Part shown: one piece after another, positions 1-9,564 of the stretch
How the letters are laid out: the number at the start of each line of letters is the position of its first letter
Numbering within the stretch: position 1 is the first letter of the stretch
From: Chitinophagaceae bacterium
Lineage (GTDB): Bacteria > Bacteroidota > Bacteroidia > Chitinophagales > Chitinophagaceae
Assembly (NCBI GenBank): GCA_031546985.1
Contig: JAVBJN010000016.1
Location: 32,931 to 96,930, forward strand
Direction: 5' to 3'
Length of the DNA: 64,000 bases
The notes under the pieces: generated by a model
Database searches by the model: none
The model's input: only the letters and a program-made list of their open reading frames with translations
Told to the model about the DNA's origin: nothing
Made by a program: the position numbers and the translations under genes

Positions 1-3000
1 AGTCCGTTGCCCCAGCACAGCCGTGCGCCCCTGCAATACATCGACCTCATGGGTGGCAAAAAGCCCCACCTGATGCGCAGTTACAACAATGGCATGGGCA
101 AAACAGTAGCGGTTACCTATAAAACCTCCACGCAATTTTATTTAGCCGATAAAAAGGAAGGCATCCACTGGGCCACCAAACTACCTTTTCCGGTGCATTG
201 CATCCACACCATTACCACCAGCGATAGCGTAAGCGGCACCAGTTATACCCAAAGCTATACATACCGCCACGGCTATTACGACCATGAAGAACGAGAGTTT
301 CGCGGCTTTGGTTATGTAGAAACGCTGGACATAGAAAGGGCCCAAATTAGTACATTGGCACATTCATCCATTGGCACATTGGAAACATTGGATCAGCCCC
401 CCGTCCTCACCAAAACCTGGTACCATACCGGCGCCTGCACCCGCGAAGGAGGATTGCTCAAACAGTACAAAAAAGAGTACTTCCCCGTAGCCGGCTGGGA
501 CGATAGCATGCCCATTGCCACATTCCCCGCAGGGATGGATGCAGCGGAGTTCTTCGAAGCGCACCGTGCGCTCAAGGGCTTACCACTGCGCCAGGAAGTC
601 TATGCCCAGGACGGCGACGATCTGGCCTATATTCCGTATGCCGTTACCGCCAGTGCTTATACTGTAAAACTGGTACAGGAAAAAAGGAAGAATCGCTACG
701 CGTCTTTTCTCACGCAGCCGCAGCAAAGCATGGTGTTCAGTTGCGAGCGTGATGCGGAAGATCCCCGCATTATGCAGGAACTTACCTTGCAAACTGATAC
801 ATATGGTAATGTGCTGCAAAGCGCACAGGTCGCTTATCCCCGCAAAACGGTAGATGCGAATGCGCCGCAAAAAGTAAAAGACGAGCAGGCCAAAATGCAT
901 ATCACCTGCACGCAAAACAGTTTTACCAACGATGCCATAACAGTAGCGCAATACCGCCTGCGTGTACCTTATGAAGCACAAAGTTTTGAAGCGCTGGGCC
1001 TTACCCAGCCCACAGGCTTATGGACGGTAGATAGCTTTAACGCAGCGCTTAATGCTGCTACGGAAATTGATTTTTCCGCTACGGCTAGCGGAGCCGAAGA
1101 AAAACGCCTGTTAAGCCATACCCGGACCCTGTTTAAAGACAATAATGCAGCCGCAACACCATTGGCTTTAGGCACCATAGAAACCCTGGCCATACCGCAT
1201 GAGCAATACCAGTTGGTTTCTACACTTGCTACCCGAAACTATTGTTACGGCAGCAAAATCCAGCCGGGCATGAAAGAAGAAGGTGGTTTTACAGACCTGG
1301 ATAATGACCAAAACTGGTGGTTATCCTCTGGTACCGCGCAGTATGTTGCACCTGCAACTCATTTTTACAACCCGGTATCCTTTACCGATCCCTGGGGTAA
1401 AACCACCACCATCAGCTATTGGGGTAGTTATCACTTACTGCCACAAACCGTAACCAATGCCCTGGGCCTCATCAGTAGTATAGCAGCCTACCACTGGCGC
1501 AACCTGCAACCGGTACGCATGAAGGATGCCAATAACAACATCAGTGAAATGCTGTACGATGCCCTGGGATTGCCTGTGGCTATGGCCGTAAAAGGCAAAG
1601 GGACTGAAGGCGACGAACTGGATATTGATTTATACAGTACCACAGACGAGGCGGCACAAACCGCGTTCTTCAACAGCCCAACCAGCAATGCCAACACCTT
1701 GTTGCAAGGCGCTACCTGGCGTTGTGTGTACGATCTGCACAGCACACCAGTGAGCGTGGGCATGATAGCCCGTCAGAAACATGTGCACGATGCCACACCA
1801 TCCGTAACAGGGCAAAACACCGACCACTTGGTACGCCTCAGCTATACCGATGGTATGGGCCGCATCATCATGCATAAAGCCCAATGCGAGCCCAATGCTG
1901 AGAATAGCAATAAAGCCTGGATCGGCAGCGGCCGCACCATTTACAACAACAAGGGCAATGCCGTCATGCAGTTTGAGCCCTACTTCAGCGATAGCCATCT
2001 TTGCGATACCGCCGAGCAAGCGGCTAACCTGGGTGTGAGTCCTAAATTGTATTACGATGCACTGGGACGCGTGTTCAAGACAGAGCTACCCGATGGCACC
2101 TTCACTAAAACCGAATGGACCGCCTGGGAACAATTGGCTTACGATAACAACGATACCGTAAAGGATAACCAATGGTATACCGATCGCATTAACGGGCAAT
2201 TGGGCACCGAAGAAAAAGATGCCGCCACCAAAGCCGCACTACATTACAACACCCCAACGGTGCAGTACACCGATAGCATGGCGAGGCCGTTTTATACCAG
2301 ACAGTATCTGAAGGATAAAACAACCGCTACATCCAGTGACTATATCGATAGCTATGCCCAATTAGACATCATTGGCAATCGCATAGCGGTGATAGACGGC
2401 CGTGGCAATACGCCGCTGCAATACCGCTACAACCTGCTCAAACAACCGTGTTACCAAACCAGCATCGACAGTGGCGAAGGTTTTACCCTTACCGATGCAG
2501 CTGGTCAGCCGCTCTATGCCTGGGATGCCGACAACCGAAGGTTTGCGATGGTGTATGACGGATTAAGAAGGCCAACCAGCAAAACCGTTGCTTTTTACAA
2601 TGCACCCAACTGGACCAATGCCAAATTGCTGGAAACCTTTACTTATGGCGAAGGACAGACCAACGCCGCTGCTAAAAACTTCAACGGGCAACTGTATGCG
2701 CATTGCGATGCCTCCGGCAAACAGTCTATCCCTGATGGGTACGATTTTAAAGGCAATCCTAAAAAGGTGCAGCAACAACTATTGGAAGATAAAACCGCTA
2801 CCGATACAGATTGGAATACCAGCCCGGTATTGTCTGCCCTGGATCTGTTTGAAAGCACAACCCTTGCCGATGCATTGGGCCGCCCGGTGCGCAGTACCGA
2901 TCCCGGTGGTAACATTACCGAGCATGTGTACGACAAAGGTGGCGCGTTAAAATCGGTGATCCTCAATGGCAGCAGTTATGTGAGCGATATCCACTACGAT

Positions 3001-5142
3001 GCCAAAGGCCAGCGCTCTGCCATCTGGTATGGCAATGGTACCAAAACGGGGTATACCTATAATGCGAATACTTATCGCCTTACCCGTTTACTGACGGTGA
3101 ATGTGAACACCGCCAGTCCCAGTTATAATGAAGTGTTGCAGGATCTCAACTATTGGTACGATCCGGTGGGCAATATCACACAGATCAAAGATGCTGCCCA
3201 GCAAACGATTTTCTTCAACAATGGTGCGATTAATCCCGACCAGCTGTTTACCTACGATGCCCTGTACAGGCTTAGCGTCGCCGAGGGGCGGGAAAAGATC
3301 GGTTTGGCCAGTTTTGGCGCTGCCGACAATACAGCCGATAGCGCCTGGAAAACCACCCACAAAGGCGACAGTAGTATGGTGCAGCGTTATACCCAACGGT
3401 ACACCTATGATGCGGTGGGCAATATCACACAACTGAAGCACGAAGCTGCTAACGGAAGTTATACCCGTAATTATGCTTATGCAACCAGCCACAGCCAATT
3501 GTTGGGCACCACCGTGGGTAGCGATACTTACACCTACACCCACGATACCCGGGGCAATATGCTCACGATGCCACACCTGGGCGCGATGGATTGGAACGTA
3601 AACAATGAGTTGCAGCATATCATCTGGGGTACTACCAACCAGGCATATTACCAATACTCAGGCGGGCAAAGAATCCGTAAATATGTAGACAAGGGCACGG
3701 TAAAAGAGGAACGCATCTACCTGGGTGGTTTTGAAATTTATCGTAAATTCAACGGTAGTTCTTTGATCGTAAAACGTACCACTATTCATGTGAGTGATGA
3801 TACCGGCCGCATTGCTATGCAGGAAGCCCGCATCAGTGGCAATGCCAGCGATGACAATAATACCGCTGCATTACTGACCCGCTATATTTACAGCAACCAC
3901 CTGCAATCTGCCTCCCTGGAGCTGGACGAAACGGCACAGGTCATTTCTTACGAAGAGTATCATCCGTACGGTACCACATCTTACCAGGCGATGAGCGCGA
4001 GCATTAACGCTACTGCTAAGCGTTACTGTTATACGGGTAAGGAGCGCGATGAGGAATCTGGTTTGTATTATCATGGCGCCAGGTATTATGTGCCGTGGTT
4101 GTGTAGATGGGCGGCTTGTGACCCCATCAATAGTGAGTGGTATAATCAGCAAAAAGGAAATTCCAACAAAAACCTCAAAAGGCAATTTGTTGAATTGACG
4201 GCAAGTCCATATGAATACTGTTATGATAATCCTGTAAGATTTACAGACCCTACTGGTGAACAAGTGCCTAGTAATTTATATGCTGGTCAACAATTGTCAG
4301 AAGTCGTAGTTAAAGAGAAAATTAGTTTTTGGGATAAAGCAGGAGCTTTTCTTAAAGGAGCCGCAAAAGGTGTAGTAATTGCCGCTGCCGTAGTTTCTAT
4401 TATTGCTTTTACTGGTGGGCTTGGGTTGGCTGGATTAGCAACAGCGATGACTTATACAGCTTTAACAGTTGGAGTTGCAGCAACAATTAAGACAGGTGTT
4501 GAATTAGTTACTGGCAAAGAGATGCTTAGCGGTCGCGAGTTAGGAAGTTTGGAAAAATATTCAATGGGAGGAGAATTGATCGGAGGAATAATAGGAGGAG
4601 GCCGTATGACAAGTGGAAAAGCAAATGTTAATGTTGAAAGATCGCCAAGTAAAAATGTAGAGTTACAGTCATCTGGGTTTTCTACAAAAACAGAAACCCC
4701 TGTTTTTTCTAAACCTACAACAACCCAGCCATCAATTTTCTCGGAACCTACCAAAACTTCCGTTTTGGAATTTAATAAGTCAATCCTTAATAGCGAAAAA
4801 CTATCTGGGCATTATGAAAAAACAATAGATGTAGAGGCGGCTAGCCAGCAATACAGCTATAACAAAGTTCAAGATCCAACATATGACTGTAGTGAAATAG
4901 CTGAATGGATTTACAGAGATGTCCCAGACGGAAATATTTTGAATATCACTCCAAAGGAAGGAAAATGGCTGAATGGAATAGAATATGGAGCAAAAGAAGA
5001 ATTTATGTACCACCGTGTTTTTATGAAAAATGGATATATTTATGATCCTATGTATGGAGATACTCCAATTGATGCGGATATTTATTTTGATTCATATAAT
5101 AAAATGAACCCTAAAGGATTAAATATTGAAATTTATGAATAA
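1..5142 (+). CDS. TcB-TcC-like fusion toxin (TcdB mid-N/mid-C region followed by RHS/YD repeats, RHS core and C-terminal toxin tip); 5' end outside window
   Basis: Frame is open from base 1. The N-terminal part contains an REFRGFGYVE-type TcdB mid-N signature. Many YD repeats follow (YDALGR, YDAVGNIT, YTYDTRGN and similar). The Rhs core end reads GARYYVPWLCRWAACDP. A variable C-terminal tip follows. Confidence 0.85.
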   Translation, partial: SPLPQHSRAPLQYIDLMGGKKPHLMRSYNNGMGKTVAVTYKTSTQFYLADKKEGIHWATKLPFPVHCIHTITTSDSVSGTSYTQSYTYRHGYYDHEEREFRGFGYVETLDIERAQISTLAHSSIGTLETLDQPPVLTKTWYHTGACTREGGLLKQYKKEYFPVAGWDDSMPIATFPAGMDAAEFFEAHRALKGLPLRQEVYAQDGDDLAYIPYAVTASAYTVKLVQEKRKNRYASFLTQPQQSMVFSCERDAEDPRIMQELTLQTDTYGNVLQSAQVAYPRKTVDANAPQKVKDEQAKMHITCTQNSFTNDAITVAQYRLRVPYEAQSFEALGLTQPTGLWTVDSFNAALNAATEIDFSATASGAEEKRLLSHTRTLFKDNNAAATPLALGTIETLAIPHEQYQLVSTLATRNYCYGSKIQPGMKEEGGFTDLDNDQNWWLSSGTAQYVAPATHFYNPVSFTDPWGKTTTISYWGSYHLLPQTVTNALGLISSIAAYHWRNLQPVRMKDANNNISEMLYDALGLPVAMAVKGKGTEGDELDIDLYSTTDEAAQTAFFNSPTSNANTLLQGATWRCVYDLHSTPVSVGMIARQKHVHDATPSVTGQNTDHLVRLSYTDGMGRIIMHKAQCEPNAENSNKAWIGSGRTIYNNKGNAVMQFEPYFSDSHLCDTAEQAANLGVSPKLYYDALGRVFKTELPDGTFTKTEWTAWEQLAYDNNDTVKDNQWYTDRINGQLGTEEKDAATKAALHYNTPTVQYTDSMARPFYTRQYLKDKTTATSSDYIDSYAQLDIIGNRIAVIDGRGNTPLQYRYNLLKQPCYQTSIDSGEGFTLTDAAGQPLYAWDADNRRFAMVYDGLRRPTSKTVAFYNAPNWTNAKLLETFTYGEGQTNAAAKNFNGQLYAHCDASGKQSIPDGYDFKGNPKKVQQQLLEDKTATDTDWNTSPVLSALDLFESTTLADALGRPVRSTDPGGNITEHVYDKGGALKSVILNGSSYVSDIHYDAKGQRSAIWYGNGTKTGYTYNANTYRLTRLLTVNVNTASPSYNEVLQDLNYWYDPVGNITQIKDAAQQTIFFNNGAINPDQLFTYDALYRLSVAEGREKIGLASFGAADNTADSAWKTTHKGDSSMVQRYTQRYTYDAVGNITQLKHEAANGSYTRNYAYATSHSQLLGTTVGSDTYTYTHDTRGNMLTMPHLGAMDWNVNNELQHIIWGTTNQAYYQYSGGQRIRKYVDKGTVKEERIYLGGFEIYRKFNGSSLIVKRTTIHVSDDTGRIAMQEARISGNASDDNNTAALLTRYIYSNHLQSASLELDETAQVISYEEYHPYGTTSYQAMSASINATAKRYCYTGKERDEESGLYYHGARYYVPWLCRWAACDPINSEWYNQQKGNSNKNLKRQFVELTASPYEYCYDNPVRFTDPTGEQVPSNLYAGQQLSEVVVKEKISFWDKAGAFLKGAAKGVVIAAAVVSIIAFTGGLGLAGLATAMTYTALTVGVAATIKTGVELVTGKEMLSGRELGSLEKYSMGGELIGGIIGGGRMTSGKANVNVERSPSKNVELQSSGFSTKTETPVFSKPTTTQPSIFSEPTKTSVLEFNKSILNSEKLSGHYEKTIDVEAASQQYSYNKVQDPTYDCSEIAEWIYRDVPDGNILNITPKEGKWLNGIEYGAKEEFMYHRVFMKNGYIYDPMYGDTPIDADIYFDSYNKMNPKGLNIEIYE
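3211..4118 (+). repeat. copy A of ~908-bp direct repeat (Rhs core 3' region)
   Basis: About 95% identical to 5900..6807 by eye. Same reading frame. Confidence 0.85.
4119..5139 (+). other. C-terminal polymorphic toxin module of the Rhs protein (PT-TG-like NPVRFTDPTGE motif, Gly-zipper hydrophobic segment, C-terminal Cys/His domain)
   Basis: Sequence diverges from the orphan copy immediately after the RHS core. Composition turns AT-rich. GxxxG-rich hydrophobic stretch reads GVVIAAAVVSIIAFTGGLGLAGLATAMTYTALTVGVAA. C-terminal ~110 aa carry YDCSEIAEW ... MYHRVF ... YDPMYGD, a Cys-His-Asp-like arrangement. Confidence 0.5.
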
Positions 5143-5557
5143 CATAAAGAATAAAGAGCTAAGTACAATTGTATGCGAAGCATTTTTAAGTCTAAATTAT
5201 CCTTTTGATATTTCGAAAGCTTCAATGTGGTCATTAGAAGATCCCTACATACATCCACCCTTTTTTAGATTTAAGATAGGGGGAGATAAACCAGATTTGG
5301 TTTTTGAGAAACTCAAAAATATCATCACAAATTTTAATGGTGGATTAGTATGGGGCCTTTATAAGAATGAATATACTTGCCTTTTATTACCTGAGATTTT
5401 CTCTATTCATATTGATAGTAATCTTTATGATAAGAAATTCATGATACAACATTATGGAGGTGAGAGATACAAGGATTTAGTTGATATGGCTATCACTGAT
5501 ACTATTGCCTTGGCGACCCTAATCAGAAAGGGAGAATTTCTTGATTCGGATTCGTAG
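5135..5557 (+). CDS. putative cognate immunity protein for Rhs toxin tip 1
   Basis: ATG overlaps the Rhs stop (ATGAATAA). Small (140 aa), AT-rich, no signal peptide, in the classic position immediately 3' of an Rhs C-terminal tip. Confidence 0.5.
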   Translation: MNNIKNKELSTIVCEAFLSLNYPFDISKASMWSLEDPYIHPPFFRFKIGGDKPDLVFEKLKNIITNFNGGLVWGLYKNEYTCLLLPEIFSIHIDSNLYDKKFMIQHYGGERYKDLVDMAITDTIALATLIRKGEFLDSDS

Positions 5558-5578
5558 TTTCAACAGACACTTTTTATT

Positions 5579-5613
5579 CCCGGAAGGGTAGCCGTTAAAG
5601 CTACCTTTCCGGG
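5579..5613. other. 14-bp stem hairpin (cccggaagggtagc/gctacctttccggg); possible terminator or IS-remnant end
   Basis: Inverted repeat with 7-nt loop between the immunity gene and the transposase remnant. No clean U-tract on either strand. Confidence 0.25.
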
Positions 5614-5688
5614 ATTTAACCATAAACTGAATTTGTAGACTTCCCCGAAAATATTATTTCTTTTAGGTATAAATCACTAAGATCCTGT

Positions 5689-5910
5689 TTAAAATTTATT
5701 GATTAGAAGTTTTATGGCAGATAATTTGACGATTTCTTCAGCAGCAGATTCCATCAGGAGTTCATAATTTCTACAGAGTCTCCGATCATTATCAAACCAG
5801 GAGAATGTTCTTTCAATAACCCATCTTTGGGGTATTGGTAGGAACCCATTTTCCTGTTTACCTGTCTTTAAAACAACCTTAATCACATAACCCAACTTCT
5901 TCTTCAACAA
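5689..5910 (-). mobile_element. IS5-family (DDE_Tnp_1) transposase C-terminal remnant (~70 aa only)
   Basis: RWVIERTFSWFDNDRRLCRNYE matches the conserved C-terminal motif of IS5/IS4-superfamily transposases. The upstream ~230 aa are absent, replaced by the orphan rhs repeat that starts at 5900. Confidence 0.6.
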
Positions 5911-6807
5911 TGGTGCGATTAATCCCGACCAGCTGTTTACCTACGATGCGCTGTACAGGCTTAGCGTCGCCGAGGGGCGGGAAAAGATCGGTTTGGCCAG
6001 TTTTGGCGCTGCTGACAATACAGCCGATAGCGCCTGGAAAACCAACCAAAAAGGCGACAGTAGTATGGTGCAGCGTTATACCCAACGGTATACCTATGAT
6101 GCGGTGGGCAATATCACACAACTGAAGCACGAAGCTGCTAACGGAAGTTATACCCGTAATTATGCTTATGCAACCAGCAACAGCCAATTGTTGGGCACCA
6201 CCGTGGGTAGCGATACGTATGCCTATACCTACGACAGTCGGGGCAATATGCTCACGATGCCACACCTGGGCGCTATGGATTGGAATGTGAGCAATGAGTT
6301 GCAACATATTATCTGGGGTACTACCAACCAGGCGCATTACCAATACTCCGGAGGCCAACGCATTCGTAAATATGTAGACAAAGGCACGGTAAAAGAGGAA
6401 CGCATCTACCTGGGTGGTTTTGAAATTTATCGTAAATTCAACGGTAGTTCTTTGATCGTAAAACGTACCACTATTCATGTGAGTGATGATACCGGCCGCA
6501 TAGCCATGCTGGAAGCCCGCATCAGTGGCAATGCCAGCGATGACAATAATACTGCTGCATTACTGACCCGCTATATCTACAGCAACCACCTGCAATCTGC
6601 ATCCCTGGAGCTGGACGAAACGGCGCAGGTGATCTCTTACGAGGAATACCATCCGTACGGTACCACATCCTACCAGGCTAACAATGCTGCCATTAACGCA
6701 ACTGCCAAACGTTACCGGTATACGGGCAAGGAGCGCGATGAGGAATCTGGGTTGTATTATCATGGAGCCAGGTATTATGTGCCTTGGTTGTGTAGATGGT
6801 CGGCGGG
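5900..6807 (+). repeat. copy B of ~908-bp direct repeat (orphan Rhs core fragment)
   Basis: Begins abruptly at the IS5 remnant junction. Encodes FFNNGAINPDQLFTYDALYRLSVAEGREKIG..., near-identical to residues ~1070-1370 of the main Rhs ORF. Confidence 0.85.
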
Positions 6808-7831
6808 GGATCCGTTGGAAAATAAACGAGCTGGTTTATCACCCTATGATTATTGCTCCAATAATCCAATAATCCGTATAGATGACGATGGGATGGAGGA
6901 CGAAAACAAAATTGCTCCGGTTCCATATCCAAGTGGGAAAAATAATGCTGGTAGTATTTGGTACTATGAAAACAATAAAAATCGCTCTGAAGGAACTGCA
7001 ATGAATGGTGTGGATAATGTTGAAATACCAGCGGGATCGAAAATGCTATTTGTAAACACAGGAAAAGATGATGGCAAAAATTCCGGATGGCTATTGTTTG
7101 GATTTGAGGACAAAAGCGGCGAATCTTATACTTGGAACGATAAAGCAAAATGGTATATAACCCAAAGCGGTAAGGAACATGATAATCCTTGGTATAATGA
7201 TTTGATGAATGCAGGGCTGAAAATAGTCGCGCCGGCAATAGAAGTTTCAGGGCTACAAGATTTTGGGATTGGAAAGGGATTGAAGGATGAGTACAATAAA
7301 TATGATGGTGGCATTGCTTCGTTTGCGATGCATAAAATGAAAGAAGGAATAAAAGATATTGTTTCCGACATTGGATATGGAGGAAATCGTAGAAGCCAAG
7401 CCGCTTTGGGCTTGTGGATGGGAGCTAATACTAGTTATATGCCAGTTGCTCCAAGTGTTTTGAATGCTTATAGTTGGTTAGGTAAAAACATGACAACTGC
7501 AGATGGATTTTTGTTCGGCTCTATTGGTTTCAAAACTCCCATAAATTTGAATGTCGGGTTGTATGCATCAGAAAATACTCTAAAATATGGCACATTCAAA
7601 TGGAGCACTATGGCCCCTTCATTTCTTTCAAATACTGAATGGTTTGGTAGGCGAATGTTGCAAATTTCACCTGAATTTCAACCAAAATTGGGTACATGGA
7701 GTAAACAAGTCATACCTAAAGGGACCTATTTAAAAATTGGGTTCGTTGGGCCTCAAAAAGGATTAGGATTTCATACCGGTTCATGGCTTCAACTTTATGC
7801 ACCACAAGGGGTGAAATTTATTAAGCCATAA
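5900..7831 (+). CDS. orphan Rhs C-terminal cassette: RHS core fragment plus distinct toxin tip 2 (no cognate N-terminus; first ATG at 5993)
   Basis: Homologous frame is open from 5900 with no start codon. RHS core end reads YVPWLCRWSAGDP. A ~340-aa unrelated C-terminal domain follows (…DDDGMEDENK… to FIKP), AT-rich. Confidence 0.7.
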   Translation, partial: FFNNGAINPDQLFTYDALYRLSVAEGREKIGLASFGAADNTADSAWKTNQKGDSSMVQRYTQRYTYDAVGNITQLKHEAANGSYTRNYAYATSNSQLLGTTVGSDTYAYTYDSRGNMLTMPHLGAMDWNVSNELQHIIWGTTNQAHYQYSGGQRIRKYVDKGTVKEERIYLGGFEIYRKFNGSSLIVKRTTIHVSDDTGRIAMLEARISGNASDDNNTAALLTRYIYSNHLQSASLELDETAQVISYEEYHPYGTTSYQANNAAINATAKRYRYTGKERDEESGLYYHGARYYVPWLCRWSAGDPLENKRAGLSPYDYCSNNPIIRIDDDGMEDENKIAPVPYPSGKNNAGSIWYYENNKNRSEGTAMNGVDNVEIPAGSKMLFVNTGKDDGKNSGWLLFGFEDKSGESYTWNDKAKWYITQSGKEHDNPWYNDLMNAGLKIVAPAIEVSGLQDFGIGKGLKDEYNKYDGGIASFAMHKMKEGIKDIVSDIGYGGNRRSQAALGLWMGANTSYMPVAPSVLNAYSWLGKNMTTADGFLFGSIGFKTPINLNVGLYASENTLKYGTFKWSTMAPSFLSNTEWFGRRMLQISPEFQPKLGTWSKQVIPKGTYLKIGFVGPQKGLGFHTGSWLQLYAPQGVKFIKP

Positions 7832-7858
7832 AAAATGATGGAATCCTAATTTAATAAA

Positions 7859-7904
7859 ATAGCTCATCATTGTTTAACTTGCCATTAAACGATGATGAGC
7901 TATT
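7859..7904. other. 19-bp stem hairpin between orphan toxin tip and its immunity candidate
   Basis: atagctcatcattgtttaa / ttaaacgatgatgagctat with 8-nt loop and one mismatch. Confidence 0.4.
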
Positions 7905-7927
7905 AAATACATAAAATATACTAGCAC

Positions 7928-8308
7928 ATGAATAATGAATGCCATTTTGAGAATCCAACTCAGGTTATAAATATGGGAGGCCCTTGGATTGGAGATTTAT
8001 ACATAGGAGATCTCTTCATTTCACAAAAAATAATACTTGATAATATTATATATTCCCCTGATAGATCAGTGATTTATTTTATTCGATATTACCAGCTTGG
8101 GAACACGGTAAAGGATATTTTTTTGAAATTATGCTATTGGGATTTTAAGGAACATAAATTGTTTGAATCTTCCCAGAGCTTTGACAAACTTTATTTGAAA
8201 GGATTTGTTGAAAAAAATATAATGACTATTTGTAGAGCATTTCATAGCGAATTGCCAGAAACCTGTTACGATCTTAACCTTAGTGTAGAAAGTTTTCTAC
8301 CTGCTTAA
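7928..8308 (+). CDS. putative immunity protein for orphan toxin tip 2
   Basis: 126-aa AT-rich ORF directly 3' of the orphan tip with no signal peptide. Positional inference only. Confidence 0.4.
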   Translation: MNNECHFENPTQVINMGGPWIGDLYIGDLFISQKIILDNIIYSPDRSVIYFIRYYQLGNTVKDIFLKLCYWDFKEHKLFESSQSFDKLYLKGFVEKNIMTICRAFHSELPETCYDLNLSVESFLPA

Positions 8309-8361
8309 TTTACAATTTGTTTAACCCGTACTGAAAATGGGCAAACTACAATAAAGGGAGA

Positions 8362-9272
8362 CTAAATTACACATAGTTGGTTGTTTATTGCTCTCCGGGG
8401 CGTAGTGGAGCGAAGGCGTAGCCGAAGCGGAACGGAGCGGAGCCCCGGAAAGCAGCTTTTTTCTTTATACATTTTAGGCGATAGCCCCCCTAATGCATCA
8501 TGTGGCCTATGGTGATTATAGTCGTGCACAAAGGCATCGGTCACTTCCCTTACTTCATCCAGATTGTCAAATAGGTACTGATCCAGTACACTTTCCCGGT
8601 AGGTTTTATTGAACCGTTCTATATATTCATTCTGCATGGGCTTGCCTGGCTGTATGTACTTAAATTCTATTTCATTGGCTTCGCTCCACAACTGCGCCAG
8701 CCTGGCTACAAACTCCGGCCCGTTATACATCCGTATCCGTTGTGGTTTGCCATAACGGGAGATCAGGTGTTTGAGCACCCAAATCACCCGGTTGCTTTTA
8801 AGGGAATAATCTGTTTCAATAAATAATACTTCACGGTTATAATCATCTATTACATTAAATGTTCTGAACTTGCTGCCGTTACTCAATGCATCGCTCATAA
8901 AATCTATGCTCCAGGTTTGTGTAAACCTGTCAGGTATAACCAATGGCTCTTTTACTCTGGCCGGCAGCCGCTTTTTTACCTTACGGCGCAAGGGAAGCTT
9001 CATTTGCTTGTATACACGGTATAGTCGCTTATGGTTAACATGTTCTCCGGCATTACGTAAACGATAATAACACTTCCAAAAGCCTTCCGTAGGATTTACC
9101 TGTGAATGTCTTTCCAGGTTGCTTATAAGGCTGCTGTCATCCTTTACGGATCGGTAATGAAGACTACTTCGGCTTAACCTTAATAGGCGACATGCCTTGC
9201 CTATGTCTTTGGGCCGCTCTTCTTTTAACTGGCAAACGATGGAGCGCTTGCTGCAAGGCTTTAAAGCTTTTT
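8362..9272 (-). CDS. IS3 family transposase OrfB (integrase core), expressed by -1 frameshift from OrfA
   Basis: Frame is open upstream of the annotated Met through the orfA overlap (…[36 protein letters not shown]…). WSIDFMSD … [13 protein letters not shown] is the rve DDE core. Confidence 0.8.
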
Positions 9273-9527
9273 TTCGATGATGTATTTCGCTACATCGAGC
9301 TCCATTGCCAGATTCGAATACATGCGTTTTAACCGCGCATTCTCTTCTTCCAACTCTTTAATGCGTTTCAGTTCGCTCGCTTCCATACCGCCATAACGCT
9401 GCCGCCATTTATACAAGCTGGCTTTGCTAACACCGTATGCACGGGTGATTTCTTCTGCTGTTTTACCCCCTTCAAACTCCTTTAGTATGTTCGCGATCTG
9501 AACAGGGCTGAATTGACTCTTTTTCAT
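9261..9527 (-). CDS. IS3 family transposase OrfA (HTH)
   Basis: [11 protein letters not shown] and a leucine-zipper-like C-terminus typical of IS3/IS911 OrfA. Confidence 0.85.
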   Translation of the reverse strand: MKKSQFSPVQIANILKEFEGGKTAEEITRAYGVSKASLYKWRQRYGGMEASELKRIKELEEENARLKRMYSNLAMELDVAKYIIEKKL

Positions 9528-9564
9528 CTTTTACGAGTTTAAAATTAAAACTTTTTGTCGCCTT

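Noticed and set aside
3088-3654. 188-aa and 199-aa minus-strand ORFs (3088-3654, 5879-6478) inside the Rhs repeat copies
   Set aside because: Antisense to a strongly supported YD-repeat coding frame. The two are mirror images of each other only because the underlying DNA is duplicated.
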